A stretch of DNA of 37,126 nt from Thermoanaerobaculales bacterium (GCA_025456385.1 JALOKS010000001.1:1-37126); one strand, 5' to 3'. Shown: positions 9,635 to 18,555, numbered from the stretch's first letter. Notes: generated from the sequence alone by a model not told the origin. A program made the numbers and translations.

Positions 9635-9739
9635 CCCCCCTTTTCGATTCCCCTCATCGTGCGGTCCCCGGTCCGTGTTCAAGCCTCATCCTCCTCGCTA
9701 GATGCACCCGATTGTGAACCTAGCCTCCGTAATTCCATG

Positions 9740-9768
9740 ACCTTACGGGTTCCCCCGCGTGCTGTCAA
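9740..9768 (-). promoter_or_regulatory. candidate sigma70-type promoter for rpsA
   Basis: Minus strand reads TTGACA (9768..9763, overlapping the cmk stop), a 17-nt spacer, then TAAGGT (9745..9740). This would give a ~100-nt lower-GC leader before rpsA. Confidence 0.4.
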
Positions 9769-10520
9769 GCACCGCCGTCCAAAACCCGTGCGACCTCCCC
9801 GAGGAGGCGTTCGACCACCTCCTCGAGCTCGAGACCGGTGGTGTCGACGACGACCGAGCCGGTCGCGACCTGGAGCGGGCTCTCCGCCCGCATCGTGTCC
9901 TGGAGATCGCGCTGGCGCTGCTGCTCCCGCACCGCGTCCAGGCTCGTGTCGGCGCCGCAACCGCCGAGGTCGCGATGCCGGCGGCGCGCCCGCTCCTCGG
10001 GGCTGGCGGTGAGGAAGACCTTCAGCGTCGCGTCGGGGAGAACGACCGTTCCGATGTCGCGGCCCTCCATGACGCCGCCGTGGAGCTCGCCCAGGCGCCG
10101 CTGCATCGGGACGAGGGCGCAACGAACCGCCGGCAGCGCCGACACCGCCGATGCCATCAGCGAGCAGTCGGCGCTGCGGAGCTCGCGGCTCACCTCCTCG
10201 CCGTCGATCAGGACCCTGGTCCCTTCGGGCCCGACCTCGACGTCGAGCGAGTGGGCCGCCATCAGCTCGCCGATCCGCGCCTCCGCACCGCCCTCGAGCG
10301 GCGGCGTGAGGCCGTCACGGAGAGCCAGGAGGGCGACCGCGCGGTACATGGCGCCGGTGTCGATGTGGGGCACCCCGAGGCGCGCGGCGAGCCGCGCCGC
10401 CACCGTCGACTTGCCGGCCCCCGCCGGGCCGTCGATCGCGACGAGCACGGGCGCTGGCGGGTGGCGACGTACGATCGGGGGCACGGCTCCGGGTCCTTTC
10501 GCGCTCGCGCGACGCGGCAT
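9765..10520 (-). CDS. cmk: cytidylate kinase
   Basis: VAIDGPAGAGKSTVA P-loop, then HIDTGAMYRAV and GRDIGTVVLPDA motifs. The true start may be the GTG at 10484. Confidence 0.9.
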   Translation of the reverse strand: MPRRASAKGPGAVPPIVRRHPPAPVLVAIDGPAGAGKSTVAARLAARLGVPHIDTGAMYRAVALLALRDGLTPPLEGGAEARIGELMAAHSLDVEVGPEGTRVLIDGEEVSRELRSADCSLMASAVSALPAVRCALVPMQRRLGELHGGVMEGRDIGTVVLPDATLKVFLTASPEERARRRHRDLGGCGADTSLDAVREQQRQRDLQDTMRAESPLQVATGSVVVDTTGLELEEVVERLLGEVARVLDGGA

Positions 10521-10580
10521 TGTACCCGGCCGCCACCGATCTTCAAGCCCGCCGTTGCGGCGGCGGGGAACGGTCGGGGC

Positions 10581-11708
10581 TCAGACCCCGCCGCGCACCG
10601 GCCGCGAGCCTGGAGCCCGCGTCGCAGCGATCACCACCGGCACCTCGACCGTGGGTCGCTCGTCGTCGCTGGTGCTGATCCGGACCCAGCCCCGGACGCC
10701 CGCTCCGAGCGCTGCAGCGTCGAGGCCCTCCGGGAGGGCGATCCTCACCGTCTGCTCGCTCGACGCCTCCCGCGACACGGCGCTGGCGACGAGGTGCTGC
10801 GGATGCGAGACCTCGACCGCGCGGATGGCGAATGGACGGCCGCCGTTGTGGCGCAGTCTGAGAAAGGTCGATCGCCCCGACTCGTCCGCGGAGGCATTCG
10901 CCCACATCCGCACCGACGCGGGCAGGGCCTCGATGAGGGGCCGCACCCTGAGCGTGTAGGGGATCTCGAGCGACGGAGCCTCGGGGTGGTCGGTCGTGAT
11001 CCGGACGGCGCCGGAGAAGATGCCCGCCGGCAGTGAGGGCGCTGCCTGCAGCTCGATCGGCACCGCGTCCGGTGCCGGTGGGGCGGGCGGCGCGTCCTCG
11101 ACCTGACCCCATGGGGTCGGCGTTCCGCGGCTCGCGGCCGGCCCACTCTCACCGCCGGCGGCGGCGCCCCCGACGACCAGGTCGAGGCCCTCGCGGTCCG
11201 TGCTCGCCTCGAGAACCCGGAGCGGGCGGCCGTCGTCGCGTGCGAGAAGGAGCCGGGCCGCGCCGCTGCGGCCCTCGATGAGCGAGAGGCTGAAACGGAA
11301 CGCCGGGCTCACCGTCACGGGCATGTGAACGTCGACGGAGAAACGGAGGCGGATCTCGGCCGCACCCGGCGCGTCGGTCGTCACCGCGATCAGCTTGGAC
11401 AGACGCCCGCTCTGGCCCGCTGCGGTCTTGAGCCTCGCGACCAGCTTTCCCGACGAACCCGCCGGGATGACCGAGTCGAACTCGGCCACCGTGCAGCCTC
11501 AGGAGGGCGCGGCCTTGAGGATGCGGACCTCGGAAGGGCTGTCGTTGCGAAACACGAAGGTCGCGGTCGCAAGCTCACCGGCCGTGATGCGCCCGAGGTC
11601 GAGATCGGCCATCTCGACCCGGAACAACCCTTCGCCCCTCTCCTCCTCGCCGGCTGCCACAGACGCCAGCAGCAGCGCGAGCGCGAGCGTTCCGACCGCT
11701 TTCCTCAT
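10581..11708 (-). CDS. exported DUF1573-like protein interrupted by one in-frame TGA (11499..11501): candidate Sec codon or pseudogene
   Basis: ORFs 11499..11723 and 10581..11489 share a frame and are separated only by TGA-GGC-TGC-ACG. The joined sequence has a signal peptide (MRKAVGTLALALLLASVAA) and a DUF1573-type domain ...FVFRNDSPSEVRILKAAPS-[TGA]-GCTVAEFDSVIPAGSSGKLVARLKT. The TGA replaces the first Cys of the family's S-C-G-C-T motif. Confidence 0.6.
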
Positions 11709-11759
11709 GCGTCCCCCAGGCACCGCGCGACCTCGGACGATTGTAGCAGCGGGCCCGCT

Positions 11760-12530
11760 TCAGCCCGCGACGGCCCGCTGTCCGAGGAGCCGCCCGTCGG
11801 TGGCGACCACGAGGCACTCGACCGGCACCGTCCGCCGCGCCCGCCGCACCGCCTCGGTGGCGAGGCGCAGCAACCCGCCGCAGCACGGCACCTCCATGAC
11901 CATGACCTGCAGTGAGCGGATCTCCGCCTCGTCGATCATCGCCACCAGCTTGCCGAGGTAGACCTCCTGGTTCGAGTCGAGCTTGGGGCAGGCGATGGCC
12001 AGCGAGCGTCCCCTGAGGTAGCGGCGGTGGAAGTCGCCGACGGCGAAGGCGACACAGTCGGCCGCCAGCAGCACGTCGGCGCCGCGGAAGAAGGCGGCCG
12101 TCGGCGGCACGAGGTGCAGCTGCACCGGCCAGTGCCGCAGCTGCGAGGTCTGGTCGCCGCCAGCCGCGGGCGGGCCCTCGACCGGTCGCGGCATGAGCTG
12201 CGGCCGCGAGCCCGGACAGCCGAGGTGGGGCTCGGGCTGCGCCAGCACCTGCAGGACCGGGGGCGTCGCCGGCGCTGCCGCCGCGCCGCCGGCTGCGAGG
12301 TGCCGGGCGACCGCAGCCTCGTCGAAGGCGGCGGCCTCGCGGCGGATGACCGTGATCGCGCCCTGCGGACAGTGGCCGAGGCATGCCCCGAGGCCGTCGC
12401 AGTAGGTGTCGCTCACCAGCCGCGCCTTGCCGTCGACGATCGCGATCGCGCCCTCGGCGCAGGCGCTGACGCAGTCGCCGCAGCCGTCGCAGCGCTCCTC
12501 GTCGATGACGATGACGTCCCTGAGCGGCAT
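11760..12530 (-). CDS. 4Fe-4S dicluster domain protein
   Basis: Two ferredoxin-type clusters (CDGCGDCVSAC and CDGLGACLGHCP). Conserved C-terminal region with ADCVAF...IACPKLD...MEVPCCGG. Confidence 0.75.
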   Translation of the reverse strand: MPLRDVIVIDEERCDGCGDCVSACAEGAIAIVDGKARLVSDTYCDGLGACLGHCPQGAITVIRREAAAFDEAAVARHLAAGGAAAAPATPPVLQVLAQPEPHLGCPGSRPQLMPRPVEGPPAAGGDQTSQLRHWPVQLHLVPPTAAFFRGADVLLAADCVAFAVGDFHRRYLRGRSLAIACPKLDSNQEVYLGKLVAMIDEAEIRSLQVMVMEVPCCGGLLRLATEAVRRARRTVPVECLVVATDGRLLGQRAVAG

Positions 12531-12532
12531 GC

Positions 12533-12892
12533 TCAGGCTCCTTTGGGCTCGCGCAGCATCGTCAGCAGCATGCGCGCTCGCTCCGGAGCGTGCAGCGCGT
12601 GCGGCACGCCGGCGGGCATCCGCACGATCTCGCCGGCCCGCGCGTGGACTGCGACGCCGCCGATGCTGAGGTCGAGCGCCCCGTCGACGACCAGCACCAG
12701 CGCGTCGAAGGGAGCGGTGTGCTCGGACAGCCCCTGCCCGCGGTCGAAGGCGAACAGGGTCACGTTGCCGCCGCCGGTCCGGGCGAGGACCCGGCTCACG
12801 ATCGCCCCTTCGGCGACCTCGACGAGTCCGCTCACGGCCGTTGCGCGGTCGGCCGGGAGCTCGATCGGGGCTTGGGACTGCGGTGCGCTCAT
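12533..12892 (-). CDS. cupin domain protein
   Basis: Internal ATG (MSAPQSQ...) preceded by GGAGG. Cupin motifs G.GLSEHTAPFDALVLVVDG and RMPAGVPHAL. Its stop lies 2 nt before the start of the 4Fe-4S gene. Confidence 0.7.
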   Translation of the reverse strand: MSAPQSQAPIELPADRATAVSGLVEVAEGAIVSRVLARTGGGNVTLFAFDRGQGLSEHTAPFDALVLVVDGALDLSIGGVAVHARAGEIVRMPAGVPHALHAPERARMLLTMLREPKGA

Positions 12893-12969
12893 GGTCGTGC
12901 CTCCAGTGGACGATGCCTTGTCACGGCCCCGATGATGACGGCCCGGAAGGCAGGCGTCCTTGACCCGGG

Positions 12970-14235
12970 TCAAGCGCGCGGGTACACGGCCCCGGAGACC
13001 ATCACCCCGACGGTCGCCCCAGGGCGCTCGGCGCGCCACCGGTCCGCGACCTCGGCAGGCCCGGCAACCGGCACGAAGCCCAGGCGGAGGGCGAGCTCCG
13101 GCGCGAGGCCGGAGTGGAGCCGCACCGTGTACCTCCCGGTCTTTTCCACCAGGCGCAGCGTGGTGTGACCGTACTGCACCCAGCCGCGGGCCAGGCGCTC
13201 GGCGATGGCCGCGGGGCTGGGGTCGGCCAGAAAGGGCTCCATCGCGGGCGAGCCGGCGCCGCCGTCGAGAGCGGCGACGAACAGCAGCTCGCCCCCGGGG
13301 GCGAGAAAGCGGCTGGCCGCGTCCAGTGCCTTGTGGGCCTGGATCAGGGTCCTGTCCTCGGGGGCCCCGCCGGCCGCGGCGACCATGAGCTCGAAGGGTG
13401 GTCCGGCCGGGACCTCGAACCAGGTCCGCACCCGCTCGACGGCAGCCGCGAAGCTCTGCTCCAGGGGCCCCGCCGCCGCCCACGCCGTGCCGCCGTCGCG
13501 TCCGCGCACCAGGCACACCGCCAGATCCGGAGGGCGCAGGGCGGCGCCGCGGCGGATCTCCTCCGCCACCGGGTTGCCGACCAGCAGCCCGGGCTCGCAC
13601 CCCGGATGGCGGGCCATCCCTCCGCCGGGCGAGGCGCTCATCACCAGCGCGTGGTTGGCCTGGATCTCGGTGTGCCCGGCGAGCCCGGGGAAGATCATCT
13701 TCGGGCCGCCCCCGAAGCCTGCAAAGTAGTGGTGCCGGACGGTGCCCACCGTCACCAGGAGCCCGGCCTCGACCGCCCGCCGGTGCAGGCGCAGGGGCAG
13801 GCCCGGACGCAGCTCGCCGACCGCGATCAGAGAGGCCTCGTCGCGGCTGTCGTGCTCGATGAGCTCGACCCCGGCCGGAAGCTCGCCGACGAGCTCGCGT
13901 GCGCCCGCCGCGCCGAGCCCGGGGTGGGTGCCGCAGGCCACGGCCACCAGCGTCCGGTCCGCGGGGACGCCGGCCTCCCGCAGCCTGCCCAGGAGCACCG
14001 GCAGGATCCGGGGCAGCTCGACCCTGCGGGTCGCGTCGGGAACCACGAGAACCGCGCTGCCGCGGCCGCGGGCGAGCTCCGCGAGAGACGGACCGCTCAA
14101 CGGGCGGTCGACCGCATCGCCGACGATCCGGGCCGGGTCGCCGCCGCCGGGAGCCGAGGGCGCGAGCGGCCGCACCCGAAGGCCCCGCAGATCGACCGCC
14201 AGCCGTTCCGTGCCGCAGGGCAGCGTGACGATCAC
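12970..14235 (-). CDS. larA: LarA-family (DUF2088) nickel-pincer-dependent racemase/epimerase
   Basis: VPDATR, ACGTHP, and HHYFAGFGGGPK (the Lys-containing NPN attachment region), in a 421-aa protein collinear with lactate racemase. Substrate cannot be inferred. Confidence 0.75.
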   Translation of the reverse strand: MIVTLPCGTERLAVDLRGLRVRPLAPSAPGGGDPARIVGDAVDRPLSGPSLAELARGRGSAVLVVPDATRRVELPRILPVLLGRLREAGVPADRTLVAVACGTHPGLGAAGARELVGELPAGVELIEHDSRDEASLIAVGELRPGLPLRLHRRAVEAGLLVTVGTVRHHYFAGFGGGPKMIFPGLAGHTEIQANHALVMSASPGGGMARHPGCEPGLLVGNPVAEEIRRGAALRPPDLAVCLVRGRDGGTAWAAAGPLEQSFAAAVERVRTWFEVPAGPPFELMVAAAGGAPEDRTLIQAHKALDAASRFLAPGGELLFVAALDGGAGSPAMEPFLADPSPAAIAERLARGWVQYGHTTLRLVEKTGRYTVRLHSGLAPELALRLGFVPVAGPAEVADRWRAERPGATVGVMVSGAVYPRA

Positions 14236-14297
14236 CGCTGCACCATAGCACCCCGAGCGGGACCCGGTTCGGGTGTCGCCGCCGATGGCGACGGAGC

Positions 14298-16250
14298 TCA
14301 GAGCTCGATGCCGAGGACCTGGCGTTGGTACGCGCCGAGGCTCGGGTAGGAGCGGAAGGGCTGACCGCGGGCCGCGTCCCAGTCCGGCAGGGGCACCGCG
14401 ACCGAGGCGTCCAGGATCTTGACCGCGAACAGGCGAAAGGCCGCCCAGAGCTCCTCGCCGCCGACCATCGTCCGCGGGTCGAAGCCGTCGCTCGTCACCC
14501 GCAGGCTGCGCGCGCCGCCCGCCGCTCCAGGCTGATCGAGGAGCAGGTCGAGGACGCCGATCGGTTTCGAGCCGGGCCGCGCCACCACCCCGACCGCCAC
14601 CGCCTGCACCTCCCGCAGGTCGAGCTCGCGGCTGTGGCCGCTGCAGTCAACGCGCAGGAGGTGGCCGTCGAGGGCGAGCGGGACGGCCTCGGTCACCTCG
14701 AGGACTGCGGTCCGCGAGGTGGCCGCCGCCGGGTCCGTTGCGGGCGGCCGGTTCGCCGACGGCCCGGCGGCGCCGCGCACGCGCCCGCCCCGGGCGAGGC
14801 CCCACATCGCCACCTCGAGCTCCGGACGGGCATCCGCCGGGGTCTCGGGGTGCTCGAGCGCGGCGCGGACCATCGCCTCGATGCTCGGCGCCTCGAGCAG
14901 GAGGCCGAGCCGTGCCATGCGCAGCAGCACCGCCGCCGGCGTCGAGGACGACGCGCGCTGCCGCGCGAGCTCGAGGGTCTCGACGGCGGACACCACCCGT
15001 TGCTCCTGGTCGAGGATCTCCGCGATCCGCACCGCCGCCAGCGGGTCGATCGCGACCTCGGGAACGTGGACCAGAACCTCCTCCCAGTGCGAGACCACGA
15101 AGCCCGAGTCGTCGGAGCGGAGCGCGCCGAGGATCGCCCGCACCATCGGCTCCACCGCCCGCGCGGTCTCGCCGTGGGCCACAGCCAGGTTCCAGAGCGC
15201 CATCGCCGCGTCGACATTGTCGGGCTGCTTCGCGACCTCGTGCTGGAGCGCCTCCAGGGCCCCTTCGACATCCCCCGTCCTCGCCTTCGCCACCGCGCGG
15301 TCGACGGCGGGGTTCTCCAGCAGGGTGACCTTGTCCTCGATCGCCTGATGGATGAAGCGATCCTCGATCCGGAAGTGGGCCATCACCGCCGCGAAGACCA
15401 CTCCGAACGCGAAGCCCCAGACGTGGGCCCAGAAGCCGACCCCGCCTCCCCCGGACCTGCGCAGCACCGCGTCCATGGCCTGGGCCGACAGCAGCTGGAT
15501 CCCGAACCAGCCGGGGAGGATCACCCAGGCCGGCGCCTGGAAAGGGCCCACCGGCACGCCCAGCCAGAGGAGGAAGCGGACCTGCGAGCGGAAGTAACGC
15601 ACCAGGAACGCGCCCATCACGCCGGCGATGGCGCCGGAGGCCCCCACCAGGGGCACCTCGAGAGCCGGGTAGCGCACGGCGTACATGAGGCCCGCGACCG
15701 CGCCGGCCGCGAGGTAGAAGGCGACGAAGAGGGGGCGCCCCCAGACGTCCTCGACGAAGGGGGCGACGACCCAGAGCATGAGCAGGTTGAGCAGCAGGTG
15801 GAACCACCCGGTGTGCAGGAACTGGTAGGTGACGAGGTCAGCGGCCTCGAGCCTGACCGGGACCAGACCGAAGCGGTAGAGCAACGACTCCTGCAGGCCG
15901 CGGTGGTAGGCGTCGAGGATGGTGTCGAAACGCCGCTGCTCCCACTGCAGGCGCTCGGGATCCGAGGGCGCCCGGGGGCCGTCGCGCCGCATGTGCTCGG
16001 CGAAAGCGACCGCCTTCTCGTCGCCGAGCTCGATGGCGAAGATCTGCAGGAAGCGCTCGTCGATCTCGAGGTAGGGATGCTGGGTGAAGTACCCGAGAGC
16101 CTGGTGGAGGCGAAGGAAGCCGAGCATCTGCTGCTCGTGCTCGCCCGGCGCCATCAGGATGAAGGTCACCGTGCACGCGACGATGATCGAGAACGTGACC
16201 CACGGCAGCCGGCGCACGCTCGTCTGCTCGTGGCCGAGGGGAATGATCAT
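14298..16250 (-). CDS. rhomboid-family intramembrane serine protease with ~380-aa C-terminal extension
   Basis: ATG at 16250 (MIIPLGHEQ), with GGAGA upstream. Rhomboid core: HTGWFHLLLNLLMLW, catalytic GASGAIAGVMGA, and WAHVWGFAFG (His). The remainder is a soluble helical/TPR-like region plus a terminal beta-rich domain. Confidence 0.8.
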   Translation of the reverse strand: MIIPLGHEQTSVRRLPWVTFSIIVACTVTFILMAPGEHEQQMLGFLRLHQALGYFTQHPYLEIDERFLQIFAIELGDEKAVAFAEHMRRDGPRAPSDPERLQWEQRRFDTILDAYHRGLQESLLYRFGLVPVRLEAADLVTYQFLHTGWFHLLLNLLMLWVVAPFVEDVWGRPLFVAFYLAAGAVAGLMYAVRYPALEVPLVGASGAIAGVMGAFLVRYFRSQVRFLLWLGVPVGPFQAPAWVILPGWFGIQLLSAQAMDAVLRRSGGGGVGFWAHVWGFAFGVVFAAVMAHFRIEDRFIHQAIEDKVTLLENPAVDRAVAKARTGDVEGALEALQHEVAKQPDNVDAAMALWNLAVAHGETARAVEPMVRAILGALRSDDSGFVVSHWEEVLVHVPEVAIDPLAAVRIAEILDQEQRVVSAVETLELARQRASSSTPAAVLLRMARLGLLLEAPSIEAMVRAALEHPETPADARPELEVAMWGLARGGRVRGAAGPSANRPPATDPAAATSRTAVLEVTEAVPLALDGHLLRVDCSGHSRELDLREVQAVAVGVVARPGSKPIGVLDLLLDQPGAAGGARSLRVTSDGFDPRTMVGGEELWAAFRLFAVKILDASVAVPLPDWDAARGQPFRSYPSLGAYQRQVLGIEL

Positions 16251-16351
16251 GCGGTCTCCAGCCGCCTCCAACGTTACTACAGCGGGCGCCCGCCAGAACC
16301 CGCTCGCCTCGGTCCGAGATGTCTCCCGGTACCCCCCGGGTTCCTGCTGCC

Positions 16352-17602
16352 TTAACCGGGCCCGACCTCGCTCCGCAGCCGCTGCGCGAGCTGCAGCAGG
16401 GCCGGGTCGGTCGGGTGGCGGTCGAGGGCTCGCGCGAGGGTGCTCGCGGCCTCGGCGAAGCGGCCCTGGCGGAGCTGCAGCGAGACCAGGCTCGCCGCCA
16501 GCGGCGCGGAGTCCGGCTCGAGCTCGAGCGCTCGCGCGAGCGCCAGCGCGGCGTCGCTGCCGCGGTCCGCCCGCTCCGCGACCCGTGCGATGCGCGTCAG
16601 GAGGCGGACATCCCCGGGCGCCATGCCCCACGCGCGCCGCAGGTGAGCGAGAGCCGTCGGCGCGTCGCCGCGGCGCTCGGCCAGTGTCGCGAGCGCGAGG
16701 TAGGGGTACGGAGAGCCGGGGTCGAGGCGCAGGGCCTCCTGCGCCGCAGCCAGGGCGCCCGCCGCGTCCCCCTCGAGGTCCCGCGCGACCGCGAGCAGAG
16801 ACCAGCACCGCGCGCGCTGGCCGCGCGCGGCCGGGGGCTTCGCGAGCAGTGCCTCCAGGTGCTGTCGCGCCGGGGCCGGGTCACCGTCATCGATCGACCA
16901 CTGGGCGAGCTCGAGCTGCACGGCCGGCGCCGCGGCGAGCGGAGCCAGGACCTGTCGGGCCTCGAGGTCGAGGCCCAGGCGTCGCAGCTCGCCGGCGAGG
17001 GCGAGCGCGTTGTCGACCCGGCGTCGCGGGTAGAAGCTGTCGCGCAGCTCGAGGCCCCGCATCCGGACCCCTGCCTCCTGCCCGGGTGTCAGGTCGACGG
17101 GCGGCGACCGCAGGCCCGGGGCGATGGCCTCGGCGATCGCCAGCTCGGCAAGCGCGGGCTCGACGCGGCCGTCGGCGAGGAGCGTCAGGGCTCGCAGCCG
17201 CCGCAGACCAGGCAGCGAGGGATCGCGGAGGAGCGCCGCCGCCAGCTGCTGCTCGGCCTCAACCACGTCGCCGCTCAGCAGTGCGGAGCGCGCGAGGTTG
17301 GCCGCCCCCACCGGATGGGCGGGCATCCACCGCGCCTGCAGCGACCCGATGCGGCCGAGCATCGGCGCCAGCACCTCCCGCGGGACCTCGCCGAAGTCGC
17401 GCAGCGCGAGGCGGCGGGTGCGCTCGACGACCGGCGGCCAGGCGATCGCTCGCCCTCCGGCGAGCTTCGCCGCCAGCGCCCCGGGGTTCTCGGGCGCGGT
17501 CGCCCGCGCCCGCAGCCACCACCACCACCCCGCGGTGTCGACGCTGAGAACCGCGGCCGCGGCGATGGCGAGGCCGATCCACGCCCGCTTCCCCGGGCTC
17601 AC
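16352..17602 (-). CDS. membrane-anchored TPR repeat protein
   Basis: GTG at 17602 overlaps the murB-like stop (GTGA). N-terminal TM helix (AWIGLAIAAAAVLSV), followed by repeated TPR-like A..L..AL.L.P units. Confidence 0.65.
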   Translation of the reverse strand: MSPGKRAWIGLAIAAAAVLSVDTAGWWWWLRARATAPENPGALAAKLAGGRAIAWPPVVERTRRLALRDFGEVPREVLAPMLGRIGSLQARWMPAHPVGAANLARSALLSGDVVEAEQQLAAALLRDPSLPGLRRLRALTLLADGRVEPALAELAIAEAIAPGLRSPPVDLTPGQEAGVRMRGLELRDSFYPRRRVDNALALAGELRRLGLDLEARQVLAPLAAAPAVQLELAQWSIDDGDPAPARQHLEALLAKPPAARGQRARCWSLLAVARDLEGDAAGALAAAQEALRLDPGSPYPYLALATLAERRGDAPTALAHLRRAWGMAPGDVRLLTRIARVAERADRGSDAALALARALELEPDSAPLAASLVSLQLRQGRFAEAASTLARALDRHPTDPALLQLAQRLRSEVGPG

Positions 17603-18516
17603 GGGTCGATGCCCTCCCCGTCCTCGTCGACGAAACAGAGCGCCGAACGCAGCACGGTTCCGGTCCGCGCCGTCACGCGATCGCGGGCCAGCCGCACGAG
17701 GTCCAGGACCTCGGCGGCCCGCGCGTTCTTGGCGGTCGAGACGCGGTTGGCGCCATCCGACGCCAGGCTCGCTCCGCCCACCGTGAGGCCGAGGCACCCG
17801 GCATCGGCGAGCACGGTCTCCGCCCGCACGCCCTCCGAGCCGACGAAGACGGGCGCCGTGGTGCGGGGTCGCCGTGGCGGCGGCCCGCCCGCGTCCCCGC
17901 GCCGCCGGTGCAGGTCGTGGCGGCCGTCGGCCGCGAGGTGCAGCCGCGCCCTGATGACGACCCGACGCCGGAGATCGAGCCTGCGGCGTGAATCGGGCTC
18001 CACCGACCGGGTGGTCAGTCGCAGCCGCTCGACCGCGGCACCGGGTCGCGCCACCTCCACCCAGTCCAGGACGCCGTCGAGCGGGAAGTCGCCCCGTCCG
18101 GAGGCCTGGATCACTCCGCCGACCGTGCTCGAGGCGGCGGCAAGGGGCTGCGTGCCCGGGAGGCCGGTCCGTGCCGCGGCTCGGCACACCTGTGCCATCA
18201 TGGCACCACCGCCTGCGACCGCACCCTCGAGCTCGAGCTCCCACAGGCCCAGGCTTCCGCTGAGGTTGAGCACCGGCACCCGCAGCCCGCGGTCCGAGGG
18301 CACGAGGCGGCTGCCCGAGCCGAGGACCAGCCACTGCCGGCCGTGGGTCGCGAGCAGGTCAAGGGCCCGCTGAAGCCCGTCGGCACTGCGACATCTGATC
18401 AGCAGGTCGGCCGTGCCGCCGACGCCGAGGGCGGTCCAGGCGCGGAGGTCGACCCGCTCGTGGATCTCGGGCTCGCCGCCCTGCTGCAGGCTCCGGAGGT
18501 CTTTCTTCAGGCTCAC
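17599..18516 (-). CDS. MurB-like FAD-binding oxidoreductase (divergent UDP-N-acetylenolpyruvoylglucosamine reductase homolog)
   Basis: Collinear with MurB: RVDLRAWTALGVGGTADLL, WLVLGSGSRLV, GLPG...STVGGVIQ, and a C-terminal GLTVGGASLASDGANRVSTAKNARAAEVLDLV. Start placed at GTG 18516, which gives an N-terminal length like Bacillus MurB. The ORF could extend to GTG 18594. Confidence 0.6.
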   Translation of the reverse strand: MSLKKDLRSLQQGGEPEIHERVDLRAWTALGVGGTADLLIRCRSADGLQRALDLLATHGRQWLVLGSGSRLVPSDRGLRVPVLNLSGSLGLWELELEGAVAGGGAMMAQVCRAAARTGLPGTQPLAAASSTVGGVIQASGRGDFPLDGVLDWVEVARPGAAVERLRLTTRSVEPDSRRRLDLRRRVVIRARLHLAADGRHDLHRRRGDAGGPPPRRPRTTAPVFVGSEGVRAETVLADAGCLGLTVGGASLASDGANRVSTAKNARAAEVLDLVRLARDRVTARTGTVLRSALCFVDEDGEGIDP

Positions 18517-18555
18517 GAACCGGTCCCGGACGCCAGACGGCAGGTTCTGAAGATG

